Shown here in pieces: positions 43,410 through 53,605 of a stretch of 60,777 nucleotides of DNA; position 1 is the stretch's first letter, and the number at the start of each line of letters is the position of its first letter. The position numbers and the translations under genes are program-made. Below the pieces are notes generated by a model that did no database searches, was not told where the DNA came from, and was given only the letters and a program-made list of their open reading frames with translations. The DNA is from a virus (Duplodnaviria > Caudoviricetes), in IMG/VR virus record IMGVR_UViG_3300036768_000354, positions 1-60,777 of that record. One strand, given 5' to 3'.

Positions 43410-43597
43410 TGGAACAAAAAGTTGAAAAAGTAGACATGAAGCAATTACCTATGTCTGAGAAAGCTAAGATTGCTAACTTATTAGGTGAAGAAGTTGGAAA
43501 AATTATAAATAAAGCACTCACCAAGTGCAATAAAATGTTAAAAAAGTATGGATACTCTGTTTCCGTTACTTTAAATTTTCATGAGTTAAAAGATTAA
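43409..43597 (+). CDS. Hypothetical protein, 62 aa
   Basis: TAATG overlap; AGGAG RBS. Confidence 0.7.
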   Translation: MEQKVEKVDMKQLPMSEKAKIANLLGEEVGKIINKALTKCNKMLKKYGYSVSVTLNFHELKD

Positions 43598-43610
43598 TTA
43601 AGGGGTTTTT

Positions 43611-45377
43611 ATGGCAGATATTTCAGTTTTAGCAAGGTTGCTTAATGGTGCTACGCGAAACGTAGATTTAACCAATAATACACCTGTTGTCCTATCTATT
43701 AAAGTAGGCGGTGGTGTAAGTAATACTGAGCTTACTAAAACATTAGTAGATAATTTAGTTACATTGTCTAGCGGTGTCGATGCTGGTGCACTTCACCATC
43801 ATGATGGAAGATATTTTACGGAGACAGAGTTAGGTTCATCTAGTGCTTCATCTGGTTCTGATTTGATCGGTGACGACAATACTTATAGTAACTTTACACC
43901 TTCTGCAGCAACTGTAAAAGGAGCTTTAGCTGGTATTGACGTTGCTTTAGCTACTGCAGGTGCTGATGAAAAAGTTAAAATTAGTGCAACAGATACAACT
44001 CCCAGTTATCTACAAAATAAGATTATAGTTTCTACCGGCACTAATACTAGCACCATCTTAGAATCTAGCATAGTAAATCCTAGCGGAAACGAAAATTTTA
44101 AGATTCAATTAGATCAATCAAAAATCGATCACGGAAGTATTGCTGGTCTTGCAGATGATGACCACACTCAATACCATACTGATGCTCGCGGTGATGCTAG
44201 ATACTATCAAAAGACTGAATTTGTAACAACATCTACTCCTGGTGCTCCAATTAAATTGGATGGCTCTGGTAAAATCTCTGCTTCTCAATTACCTAATTCT
44301 GTAATGGAATTACAAGGTTTCTGGGATGCCTCTACTAACACACCAACATTAGCTGATGGTTCTGGTAATCCAGGTGATATTTATGAAGTTAGCATTGCTG
44401 GTTCTGTAAATTTAGGGAGTGGTTCTATTACTTTTGCTGTTGGTGACTGGGCAGTTTATGCAGCTGACGGTAAATGGCATAAATCTATAAATTCAAATGA
44501 AGTTGCAAGTGTAAATGGTCAAACAGGTACTGTAACTGTAAATGCAATTAATCAATTAACTGGTGATGTTATTGCTGGTCCTGCTACAGGATCTCAATCT
44601 AAAGTTGCTACGATTGCAGCTAATGCAGTAACAGATACTAAATTAGCTTCAGATGTGTCAAATGATGCAAATAGAGCTGTTGGTTCTAATCACATTAAGA
44701 CTTCTGCAGTAACAACTACTAAGATCGCTGATGATGCGGTTGATAAAACTAAGATCGCAGCTGACGTTGCAGGATCTGGTTTAGGTCAAAACGTTGATGG
44801 ATCTTTAGAAGTTAATGTTGATGGATCTACAATCGAAATTAATACTGACTCTCTAAGAGTTAAAGATTTAGGTATCACTACAGCTAAATTAGCTGCAACT
44901 TCAGTAACAGCTGCTAAATTAGGTAATGATGTTGCTGGTGCAGGTCTTGCTGGCGGCAACGGTTCTGCTTTATCAGTAGGTTATTCTCCTTCAGTTGCTT
45001 CTGTATCAGAAACAGCTGGCGAAACTTTCGGTGCATCTAGTCTTTTTGCAGTGAGATATGCTCAAAATGCTGAGACTTTAGGTCGAATCTACAAAGCAGA
45101 CAAAGATGCTTCTTCTACTGACAATTTCTATGTTTTTGGATTAGTTTTAACTAGTTCTTCTGTAAGTGCTGGTTCAACATTACCTATAATAGTTAAAAGC
45201 GGATTAATGAGCGCTCCATCTCACGGTTTTACAGTTGGTAAACCAGTATTTTTAGGTGCTTCTGGAGCATTAACTTCAACACCTCCTTCTACGGCTACTG
45301 AAGCGGTAGTAAGAGTTGGCTTAGTAAAAGATGTTAATACTATTGACGTACAAATACAAGTTATAGGTGTTAATTAA
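43611..45377 (+). CDS. Fibre-like structural protein
   Basis: GLADDDHTQY, GFWDASTNTPTL, VASVNGQTG and AVTxxKI/LA repeats. Confidence 0.7.
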   Translation: MADISVLARLLNGATRNVDLTNNTPVVLSIKVGGGVSNTELTKTLVDNLVTLSSGVDAGALHHHDGRYFTETELGSSSASSGSDLIGDDNTYSNFTPSAATVKGALAGIDVALATAGADEKVKISATDTTPSYLQNKIIVSTGTNTSTILESSIVNPSGNENFKIQLDQSKIDHGSIAGLADDDHTQYHTDARGDARYYQKTEFVTTSTPGAPIKLDGSGKISASQLPNSVMELQGFWDASTNTPTLADGSGNPGDIYEVSIAGSVNLGSGSITFAVGDWAVYAADGKWHKSINSNEVASVNGQTGTVTVNAINQLTGDVIAGPATGSQSKVATIAANAVTDTKLASDVSNDANRAVGSNHIKTSAVTTTKIADDAVDKTKIAADVAGSGLGQNVDGSLEVNVDGSTIEINTDSLRVKDLGITTAKLAATSVTAAKLGNDVAGAGLAGGNGSALSVGYSPSVASVSETAGETFGASSLFAVRYAQNAETLGRIYKADKDASSTDNFYVFGLVLTSSSVSAGSTLPIIVKSGLMSAPSHGFTVGKPVFLGASGALTSTPPSTATEAVVRVGLVKDVNTIDVQIQVIGVN

Positions 45378-45397
45378 ACTTAGTATAAGATATATGT

Positions 45398-45703
45398 ATG
45401 GCAAAGTTTACACGTATAGTTAATGGAGTTTTACGCCAGTTTGATGAGAGTGGAACCCCTACTATTTACGATCAAAATAGTGTAATTGGTGGTGGAGGTC
45501 TAACAACTGGATCTCCAATAACTTTGCCTTTATCTCAAACTTACGATTCAAATGAGCTTGAGGTTTACTTAAACAACGTTCGATTAACTCCGGTTTTAGA
45601 TTATAACTACGTTGGTGCTTCAGCACCTAGAACTCAAGTGAATTTCACTTTTGATCTATTGGCTAATGAAGTTGTCCGATTTAGGATCGATAGAGGTATT
45701 TAA
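45398..45703 (+). CDS. Small structural protein
   Basis: LEVYLNNVRL...DY domain resembles LEIYLNGQML in 39226. Confidence 0.7.
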   Translation: MAKFTRIVNGVLRQFDESGTPTIYDQNSVIGGGGLTTGSPITLPLSQTYDSNELEVYLNNVRLTPVLDYNYVGASAPRTQVNFTFDLLANEVVRFRIDRGI

Positions 45704-47601
45704 TGGCTAGTAATAAAATAGATTCAAGACAAATTACATATAGAGGTGTTATTGATCAACTCTCTAATAGTAATCCTTCTGAATTAGATAATTTACTAAG
45801 AGCACTAGGAAATCAGATTGTACCTCTATTGAGAATGAGTGCTCAAACTACTCCTTCTTTAGTTGTAAGTGTTGGTGGTAGTGATTTAACAGATTCTGAA
45901 TCAAATAGACGAAGAGCAATTCCTCATATTGGAGCAGCTTACGTTCAATTCTCTTCTGGTACTATAACCTTTCCTGCTGTTTCAGGTGGTAATATCACTA
46001 CATCTACTGGTGGCTCTAGTCTTCTTACTATTGCTTCTGGTAACTACGCCGCTGTCCTAGTATATCTTGACGGCGCAGGTAACTTGAACACTATCGTTGG
46101 CACAGATGCCGCAACTGAAGCTACTGCCGTTACTAACCTCCCTCCAGCTTCAGAGGAGACCTTAGCGATTGGATTCGTCGTCGTTCATAACGTCGGCGGA
46201 GTTATTCAGAACATTACTCAAGCCAGTATTAGACAGTTCGGTACTGGTAGTGGTACTGGCGGTAGTTCTGGAGGATTATCTGAGAATAGTATTAGTTTAA
46301 GAAATACTTTAGATAGCAGCTATCTTAAATACTTATCTCCCTCAATATTTAAAACTGAAAAATTAACCCTTATTGATACTGGCTCTACTACGGCTACCTA
46401 TAACTTGGTTAGCAATTTGTATGAGTTTGCAGCCGCACAAGCAGTGTATTCTGTCGATCTTCTTGACAGTAGTTTTTATGAAGAATCGTCAGATGTAGAT
46501 GCTGCAATGTTTGTCGTATTTTGGAATAATTCTTTTGTAGACACTGCTGCAACCTACGAATTAAGCAGAGATAACGGAGTTACTTGGCAAACAGTTACGA
46601 TGGGGCGTAACGGTTTAACTGGTCAATACGCTGGAGTTAAACAGTTTTCAAATGAAACCTTTAGCACTGCTGGGACACTCACAGATTCTGCAAATATAAC
46701 TCTTAATACTACCACAGTACAGCAAACATCTCAAAGACTGGTTCTTACCGATAATAGAGTAGTAAATGAATTTACCTTTAAATTAAATAAGATCGGTTCT
46801 CCTGCCGGAAATTTAACTATTGAGTTAGTAAAAGATAGCGGCGGAAATCCTTCTAGTTCCAGTGCGGATTTAATTAGCTTTGTAGAGAAGAAGATTACTG
46901 ACATATCTTCAGGCATAAATAACCTTGTTGTCGATTTTGGTAAACAAATGCTTAAGGCAGGGACTTACCACATCGTATTTAAAACAGACCAGTCGTATAA
47001 GAACTCTTTTTCTTCTGGAGTAACTGAGTTAGCCGTCAGGTCTAATTCAGCAGGTTCAGACCCCGTAGCAAAAAATTACAACGGTAGCGCATGGTCTGAT
47101 GTCGTTGGTCAAAGTATAAAGTTTACTTACAAATATAAAGTTTTAAAACTATTAGCCAGAATAACTAGCTCAACAACTGCTAAATTAGAAGGTTTTGGAG
47201 TCCTATATCAAACTGATGATAGGTTGGTTTCTCCAGTTTCTTACGAAAATATTATCGTAGGAACTTCAGCTCAAGTAGACGCAGGCCTTGCCACTCATAG
47301 TTCGTTACAGAATGCTTTAAATGATGCAGGAGCTGGTTCTAGTGTAGTAGTTCTTCGTTCAACTCTTACCGGTTCTGTTACCTGGAATCAGAGCGAAGTT
47401 TTAGTGAAAGGTGAAGGCCGACCTACTATTATAGATGGAAATTTAACAATCAGTGGTAGTAATAATTTGTTGTATAACGTAAAGATTACTGGTAACTTAA
47501 CTGTTAGTGGAAACTACAATTCAATTAGGGATTGTTGGATTGGCGGAACAATTACAGATAGTGGGACTTTAAACAATTTTAGCGTAATATTGGATGATTA
47601 G
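45703..47601 (+). CDS. Tail fibre/spike-like protein with a short C-terminal beta-helix
   Basis: SLQNALND...VKGEG...GNLTISGSNN / GNLTVSGNYN repeats. Confidence 0.6.
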   Translation: MASNKIDSRQITYRGVIDQLSNSNPSELDNLLRALGNQIVPLLRMSAQTTPSLVVSVGGSDLTDSESNRRRAIPHIGAAYVQFSSGTITFPAVSGGNITTSTGGSSLLTIASGNYAAVLVYLDGAGNLNTIVGTDAATEATAVTNLPPASEETLAIGFVVVHNVGGVIQNITQASIRQFGTGSGTGGSSGGLSENSISLRNTLDSSYLKYLSPSIFKTEKLTLIDTGSTTATYNLVSNLYEFAAAQAVYSVDLLDSSFYEESSDVDAAMFVVFWNNSFVDTAATYELSRDNGVTWQTVTMGRNGLTGQYAGVKQFSNETFSTAGTLTDSANITLNTTTVQQTSQRLVLTDNRVVNEFTFKLNKIGSPAGNLTIELVKDSGGNPSSSSADLISFVEKKITDISSGINNLVVDFGKQMLKAGTYHIVFKTDQSYKNSFSSGVTELAVRSNSAGSDPVAKNYNGSAWSDVVGQSIKFTYKYKVLKLLARITSSTTAKLEGFGVLYQTDDRLVSPVSYENIIVGTSAQVDAGLATHSSLQNALNDAGAGSSVVVLRSTLTGSVTWNQSEVLVKGEGRPTIIDGNLTISGSNNLLYNVKITGNLTVSGNYNSIRDCWIGGTITDSGTLNNFSVILDD

Positions 47602-47603
47602 TT

Positions 47604-48725
47604 ATGAAATTTAGAATAGAGAATAATATATTACAAGAAGGCTCTAGTTATAGTAGCGATTTAGAGGATTTTCCTAGAGCGATTAGTTTTGTGACTAAGA
47701 AAAATTATACTTATCAAAACGGAAACTTCAATGACCAGGCAACTACTCCTTCAGCTAGCTTCCCTGGTAGTAGTGCATTCAATGGAGGGGTACTCCTACC
47801 TGACGGTAGAGTTTTCTGTGTGCCGTATAACCAAACTTCAGCCACCATTTATAACCCAGTAACTGATACAACAGCCACTATTTCAGGATTCCCTGGTGTA
47901 ATCTCATTTATTGGAGGGGTACTCCTACCTGACGGTAGAGTTTTCTGTGTCCCATATAATTCTACAACAGCTAGGATTTACAATCCAGTAACCGATACTC
48001 TAACTACTCCCTCTGGGACTTATCCTGGTGGCACTGCATTCATTGGGGGAGTTCTTCTCGCTGATGGTAGGGTATTCTGTGTCCCGTATAACTCCACCAC
48101 AGCTAGGATTTACGACCCTGTAACTGATACAGTAACTACCCCTTCAGGAACCTATCCTGGTACTGGAGCATTCGCTGGAGGAATACTCTTGCCTGACGGC
48201 AGAGTTTTCTGCGTACCGAATAGCTCTACAACAGCTAGAATCTATGATCCGGTAACCAATACAGTAACTACTCCTTCTGGTACTTATCCTGGTGGTACTG
48301 GAGCATTCTATGGCGGGGTACTCCTACCTGACGGTAGAGTTTTCTGTGTACCGCATAACTCTACAACAGCTAGAATCTACAATCCAGTAACTGATACTCT
48401 AACTACCCCCTCTGGGACTTATCCTGGTAGCTTCGCATTTATTGGAGGAGTACTTCTACCTGATGGTAGGGTTTTCTGTGTGCCCCTCAACTCCACCACA
48501 GTTAGAATCTACAACCCAGTAACTGATACTTTAACTACCCTCTCTGCAGCCCTCAGTGGTAGTGGAGCATTCGCTGGAGGAGTACTTCTTCCTGACGGTA
48601 GGGTATTCTGTGTACCTTATAGCTCCACTACAACTAGGATTTTAGCTGGTAATTTTAGTCAAAACAATAATCCATACCAACTTACTAAACAGCTATTACT
48701 ATCAACGTTCCTAAATAAATTTTAA
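47604..48725 (+). CDS. Seven-repeat beta-propeller-like protein A (putative receptor-binding protein)
   Basis: 7 copies of ~44-aa F-x-GGVLLPDGRVFCVP-x-x-STTARIY-x-PVT; ends FLNKF. Confidence 0.8.
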   Translation: MKFRIENNILQEGSSYSSDLEDFPRAISFVTKKNYTYQNGNFNDQATTPSASFPGSSAFNGGVLLPDGRVFCVPYNQTSATIYNPVTDTTATISGFPGVISFIGGVLLPDGRVFCVPYNSTTARIYNPVTDTLTTPSGTYPGGTAFIGGVLLADGRVFCVPYNSTTARIYDPVTDTVTTPSGTYPGTGAFAGGILLPDGRVFCVPNSSTTARIYDPVTNTVTTPSGTYPGGTGAFYGGVLLPDGRVFCVPHNSTTARIYNPVTDTLTTPSGTYPGSFAFIGGVLLPDGRVFCVPLNSTTVRIYNPVTDTLTTLSAALSGSGAFAGGVLLPDGRVFCVPYSSTTTRILAGNFSQNNNPYQLTKQLLLSTFLNKF

Positions 48726-48748
48726 TAACTACTAAAAAGAGGTAACGT

Positions 48749-48955
48749 ATGAAAATTATTAAAAACGCAAATAATATGTTAGAGATTCTAGATGAAAATA
48801 ATAAGGTAATTTCTAGAATGTTAAAAACAGAAGAGAATCAGGAGTTGGTTGACTCTCTATTGGCTTCAAGCGAATATCAAGTTACTAACTTTAATATAGA
48901 AGTTATTATGCCAGAACAGCCGGTTGACGGCGATTGGCAAAACAGCTTGATTTAA
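48749..48955 (+). CDS. Hypothetical protein, 68 aa
   Basis: GAGGT RBS. Confidence 0.7.
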   Translation: MKIIKNANNMLEILDENNKVISRMLKTEENQELVDSLLASSEYQVTNFNIEVIMPEQPVDGDWQNSLI

Positions 48956-48977
48956 TAAATTTTATGAAAGAGGCATT

Positions 48978-50102
48978 ATGTTTAAACTAAATGGTAATTT
49001 ATTTGAAAATTTAAGTAGCAATACTGGAAGTTTAAAATCTGATGTTGTAAACATATTGCGAACTATTACTACAAGAAATAGAAATAGTACTGGACAATAT
49101 TTTAATTCACAAGCTGCAACTGTAACTACCCCCTCTGCAACTTTCCCTGGTAGTAATGCATTTGTTGGAGGAGTACTTCTACCTGATGGTAGAGTTTTCT
49201 GTGTGCCTTACAACAGCACTACAGCTAGGATATATGATCCAGTAACCAATACAGTAACTACTCCTATAGGAACTTATCCTGGTGGTGGAGCATTCAGTGG
49301 AGGGGTACTTCTATCTGATGGTAGAGTTTTCTGTGTGCCGAATAACTACGGATCAACTAGAATCTACAATCCAGCAAATGATTCTCTAGCCAGTCCTTCA
49401 CCTGTTTTCCCTGGTGGTGGAGCATTCAATGGAGGCGTACTCCTACCTGACGGTAGAGTTTTCTGTGTACCTACCAACCAAACTTCAGCCATCATTTATA
49501 ACGCAGTAAATGATACCACAACCACTGTTTCAGGATTCCCTGGTAGTGGAGCATTTCAAGGTGGAGTGCTTCTTCCTGATGGTAGGGTTTTCTGTGTCCC
49601 GTATAATTCTACAACAGCTAGGATTTATAACCCAGTAACCAATACAGTAACCACTCCTTCTGGTACTTATCCTGGTGGTGGAGCATTCATTGGAGGAGTT
49701 CTTTTAGCTGATGGTAGGGTTTTTTGTGTACCTGTTAACTCCACAACAGCTAGAATCTATGATCCAGTAACTGATACAGTAACCACTCCTTCAGGTACTT
49801 ATCCTGGTGCTGGAGCATTAGCTGGAGGAGTACTTTTGCCTGATGGCAGGGTGTTATGTGTGCCTCACACCACCACTACAACTAAAGTCTATGATCCAGT
49901 AACTGATACTCTAACCACTATTTCAGGGTTTCCTGGTGGTGCCGCATTCATTGGAGGAGTACTTCTTCCTGATGGAAGGATATTCTGTGTGCCGCATAGT
50001 TCCACAACAACTAGGATTGTAAGCGGTGCTTTTTCTAGCTACGCTAATCCGTATCAAATACCAACTCAATTAGCCTTATCTGGTTTTTTGAATAAGTTTT
50101 AA
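48978..50102 (+). CDS. Seven-repeat beta-propeller-like protein B
   Basis: Same 7 repeats; ends FLNKF. Confidence 0.8.
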   Translation: MFKLNGNLFENLSSNTGSLKSDVVNILRTITTRNRNSTGQYFNSQAATVTTPSATFPGSNAFVGGVLLPDGRVFCVPYNSTTARIYDPVTNTVTTPIGTYPGGGAFSGGVLLSDGRVFCVPNNYGSTRIYNPANDSLASPSPVFPGGGAFNGGVLLPDGRVFCVPTNQTSAIIYNAVNDTTTTVSGFPGSGAFQGGVLLPDGRVFCVPYNSTTARIYNPVTNTVTTPSGTYPGGGAFIGGVLLADGRVFCVPVNSTTARIYDPVTDTVTTPSGTYPGAGALAGGVLLPDGRVLCVPHTTTTTKVYDPVTDTLTTISGFPGGAAFIGGVLLPDGRIFCVPHSSTTTRIVSGAFSSYANPYQIPTQLALSGFLNKF

Positions 50103-50119
50103 TTAAGAGGCAAACACTT

Positions 50120-51652
50120 ATGAGTACATTTGCAAAAAATAAATCTATAATCAGGAAAACATTAGCAGAAGAAAGGTTGCCTAACGTAGTATCTCGTACT
50201 ATAACTTTTATGCACCAAGCTTCTGGTTTTGTCAGTTTTATAGACTTAAATAGTCTAACAATTCCCACAGACGCCGCCTCGGAAGGATTTTCTAATCCTG
50301 GTGCCAGTGTTTTTCCTTATTTAAGGTTATATAGACAAAACATCTCGGTAGAAAGTTCTTATAAGGGTAAACTACAAGATTACTCGGATTATAGAGTTGT
50401 TAATAACGAAAAAATTCAACTTATAAATATCACCACTGAGCCGGGTGAGATTTTCGTAATTAAGTTGGTATTACCAAACAACATCGATGTAAAAAATTTA
50501 CAGGAAGAGTTAAGTAATCCCTTGAGTATTCTTAACAACGCTAAGTACGGAGTCGCAACTGTACCTTCTAAAGTATCAGATATGTTATCTCCGGTTATTA
50601 CTGATATTTTGACTCACGTTAGTGAACAAAATACAAAAAGGTTTGAGAGTGCTGGTAACGTAGATGTTACGACTACTCCTTCAGGGAGTTATCCTGGTAG
50701 TAGTGCATTTTTTGGGGGAGTCCTTCTATCTGATGGTAGGGTTTTCTGTGTACCGAATAGCTCTACAACAGCTAGAATCTATGATCCGGTAACCAATACA
50801 GTAACCACTCCTTCTGGTACTTACCCTGGTAGTACTGCATTTGTTGGAGGAGTGCTTCTTCCTGATGGTAGGGTTTTCTGTGTACCGAATAGCTCTACAA
50901 CAGCTAGGATTTATAACCCAGTAACTGATACTTTAACTACCCCCTCTGCAACTTTCCCTGGTGGTGGAGCATTTCAAGGTGGAATATTATTACATGATGG
51001 TAGAGTATTCTGTGTGCCTGGTAACTCCACAACGGCTAGCATCTATGATCCAGTAACTGATACTCTAACCACTCCTTCAGGTACTTATCCTGGTAGCGCT
51101 GCATTTTATGGCGGAGTGCTTCTTCCTGATGGTAAGGTGTTTTGTGTGCCTAGTAACTCCACAACGGCTAGCATCTATGATCCAGTAACCAATACAGTAA
51201 CTACTGTTTCAGGGTTTCCTGGTAGTACTGCATTTGTTGGAGGAGTGCTTCTTCCTGATGGTAGGGTTTTCTGTGTACCGCATAACTCTACAACAGCTAG
51301 AATCTACAATCCAATAACCAATACAGTAACTACTCCTTCTGGTACTTACCCTGGTAGTACTGCATTTGTTGGAGGAGTCCTTCTTCCTGATGGAAGGGTG
51401 TTTTGTGTCCCATATAATTCCACAACAGCTAGGATTTACGACCCTGTAACTGATACCGTAACTACTCCTTTAGGGACCTATCCTGGTAGCGGATCATTTT
51501 TTGGAGGAGTACTTCTATCTGATGGTAGGGGTTTTTGTGTGCCTGGTAACTCCACATCAGCTAGAATCTTGGCCGGGAATTTTATTAAAAATATAAACGA
51601 CTTCCAATTTCCAAAAGAAATAATGTTATCTCCATTTTTAAATAAATTTTAA
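50120..51652 (+). CDS. Seven-repeat beta-propeller-like protein C with an extra N-terminal domain
   Basis: ~185-aa N-terminal domain plus 7 repeats; ends FLNKF. Confidence 0.8.
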   Translation: MSTFAKNKSIIRKTLAEERLPNVVSRTITFMHQASGFVSFIDLNSLTIPTDAASEGFSNPGASVFPYLRLYRQNISVESSYKGKLQDYSDYRVVNNEKIQLINITTEPGEIFVIKLVLPNNIDVKNLQEELSNPLSILNNAKYGVATVPSKVSDMLSPVITDILTHVSEQNTKRFESAGNVDVTTTPSGSYPGSSAFFGGVLLSDGRVFCVPNSSTTARIYDPVTNTVTTPSGTYPGSTAFVGGVLLPDGRVFCVPNSSTTARIYNPVTDTLTTPSATFPGGGAFQGGILLHDGRVFCVPGNSTTASIYDPVTDTLTTPSGTYPGSAAFYGGVLLPDGKVFCVPSNSTTASIYDPVTNTVTTVSGFPGSTAFVGGVLLPDGRVFCVPHNSTTARIYNPITNTVTTPSGTYPGSTAFVGGVLLPDGRVFCVPYNSTTARIYDPVTDTVTTPLGTYPGSGSFFGGVLLSDGRGFCVPGNSTSARILAGNFIKNINDFQFPKEIMLSPFLNKF

Positions 51653-51654
51653 GA

Positions 51655-51843
51655 GATCTTCCAGAAGATGTGTCACTTGTTAATACTTTATATTCAGCAG
51701 AAGGTATTTAAAGATATATGATGCATTTGCAGGACTTGAATTATCAAGGACAATTTAACGAAAGATTAAAAGTATATTGGTGTGGATGGAGAGATTATTA
51801 TGAATTCCTTGCCGCATTTAAAAACAAAATAGATAGGGTGTAA
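51655..51843 (+). pseudogene. Gene remnant with an internal TAA
   Basis: DLPEDVSLVNTLYSAEGI*RYMMHLQDLNYQGQFNERLKVYWCGWRDYYEFLAAFKNKIDRV*. Confidence 0.4.
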
Positions 51844-51848
51844 TCTTC

Positions 51849-52076
51849 ATGGCAAATAGAAAGACGTGTCCTTTATGTATAGCATATTTATTGGATCATC
51901 AGAACTTAAAGGGCTGGAAACGTTGTCCAGGATGTGGTTATGCTGAGGATGCTGAAGGATATAATCTTATTAGTCCGAGACCTGTTCAAGAACAGTGCTT
52001 CAAAAGCTGTACCTCAGAGACAGTCGATTGCACCTGCAATCCTGATCAAAAAGAAGATTTAAATTATAAATCTTAA
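51849..52076 (+). CDS. Small zinc-ribbon protein
   Basis: CPLC...CPGC plus further Cys residues. Confidence 0.7.
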   Translation: MANRKTCPLCIAYLLDHQNLKGWKRCPGCGYAEDAEGYNLISPRPVQEQCFKSCTSETVDCTCNPDQKEDLNYKS

Positions 52077-52337
52077 TGAAATTTTATTAGGTAGAGTTAC
52101 TCAAAGAACACTTAGATAATTTAATAATCTTATAGCAAGATATAAGGCTTTCATAGTCATATCTCTAACATACCAGAGACTTTTTCCTTTAGTACAACTA
52201 CTGTCGGTTTTTTAACTGGATTAAATGATGGTGGTGGCACAACTAATTCAGTCACTGAAGAAAGCTTCAGTATAAATGTAGTTTCTAGTAATGCTAGATG
52301 GTTAAGTGAAGTTACAATGACTGTGAACGCAGAGCAG

Positions 52338-52727
52338 TTATAAAAATAACATTTGAGTAACATCAATATAGAGCAAAGGATCACAGTTATTCTTCACTTT
52401 ATAAGCATCTCCCCACCAAATCGTAACACCTCTAACTTGAGTTTCTTCCCAAGATCTTTCATCTTCATTTTTATGAAACTCTATAGAGATCTTAGCTTTT
52501 CTATCAAAAGATTGAATACGTTCCTGTAGAGAGCGTCTAGCTTCTGTAAATAAGACATGGTCATACCGCTGACCACCATGAAGATTTCTTGAGTCTTCGA
52601 TATTCTTAAAGAAAGCGAAAACTGCAGCCTCTAATGTTTTATTTGAAGCAGCTTCAATACGCTTATCGCGTATCTTTTGAGCTTTCTTTTCTATCTCTGC
52701 AAGAAGGTCTTTTTTAACTGATTTCAT
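52338..52727 (-). CDS. Hypothetical protein, 129 aa
   Basis: Overlaps the primase end; same operon. Confidence 0.75.
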   Translation of the reverse strand: MKSVKKDLLAEIEKKAQKIRDKRIEAASNKTLEAAVFAFFKNIEDSRNLHGGQRYDHVLFTEARRSLQERIQSFDRKAKISIEFHKNEDERSWEETQVRGVTIWWGDAYKVKNNCDPLLYIDVTQMLFL

Positions 52728-53592
52728 CTTTAGGTCTTATACTTTTGATAACATATTTAGCTAGATTATCGTGACCACCATCTTTTAATAAGTCATTCCA
52801 ATCTTTTGAAGGGTCATCAGACATTACATAATGGCTAATGCAATCTGCCTCAACCATCTTCTTCAACATCTTAAAGCCAGCTTCATCTGTATCTGGTGCA
52901 GCAATTACTTTATATCCTTGGTCTCTGAGTTCTTTGAGAGCTTCTGCTTGAAATGTCGATAAGCCAGACCCAGAGCAAGCAAAGACCCTCCAGGGACTAC
53001 GAGACACACCGCCGTAAGCTTTATTAAGTGCTTGTTGGATTGATAGCGCGTTGAAAGCTCCTTCAGTAAGGATGATTCCTTTAACTTGCGCCAATAATTT
53101 CCCTTGGTTCCATCCATAAAACAATAACCCCAAGCGAGTTCCAGGAAGAGTAGTGATTTTCCATTTATCACCATCTTCGTTAATTCTCTCTTTTAAGAAT
53201 CTTACTTGAGCTCCGCAGAAGTGATTCTGAACGTAATATGGGAAGACGATACCTTCATCTTCTAAATCATAGTACATATCACCATCTGTCGTAAGACCGC
53301 GACTCTTAATATATTCTACGCCCTTTTTTGCCCTAGGATCTGATAGAGGTATAAAATTATGTGGCCATGCCATAGCAGAAACTTCATTATCTTGATCCTT
53401 AACTATATCAATCCCGTCTTTAATAAGATCTTCAACCTCAACACCGGCCATCTCACAATATTGAGTGAGTGAGTAGCCTCTATTACATTTACAGCACCAG
53501 ACCCAAGGAAGTCCAGATTTTTCATCAAGATGAAAGTATATAGTGGGGTTCCTGGGAGAGCATAGGAGACAATATCTTTTATCATTCTTCAT
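52714..53592 (-). CDS. DNA primase (Zn finger + TOPRIM)
   Basis: CLLC...WCCKC; LTEGAFNALS, DTDEAG, KDWNDLL. Confidence 0.85.
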   Translation of the reverse strand: MKNDKRYCLLCSPRNPTIYFHLDEKSGLPWVWCCKCNRGYSLTQYCEMAGVEVEDLIKDGIDIVKDQDNEVSAMAWPHNFIPLSDPRAKKGVEYIKSRGLTTDGDMYYDLEDEGIVFPYYVQNHFCGAQVRFLKERINEDGDKWKITTLPGTRLGLLFYGWNQGKLLAQVKGIILTEGAFNALSIQQALNKAYGGVSRSPWRVFACSGSGLSTFQAEALKELRDQGYKVIAAPDTDEAGFKMLKKMVEADCISHYVMSDDPSKDWNDLLKDGGHDNLAKYVIKSIRPKDEIS

Positions 53593-53605
53593 ATTTGCCC
53601 TTTAC

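Noticed and set aside
47604-51652. Complete DGR locus
   Set aside because: No reverse transcriptase, accessory gene or non-coding template repeat in the window
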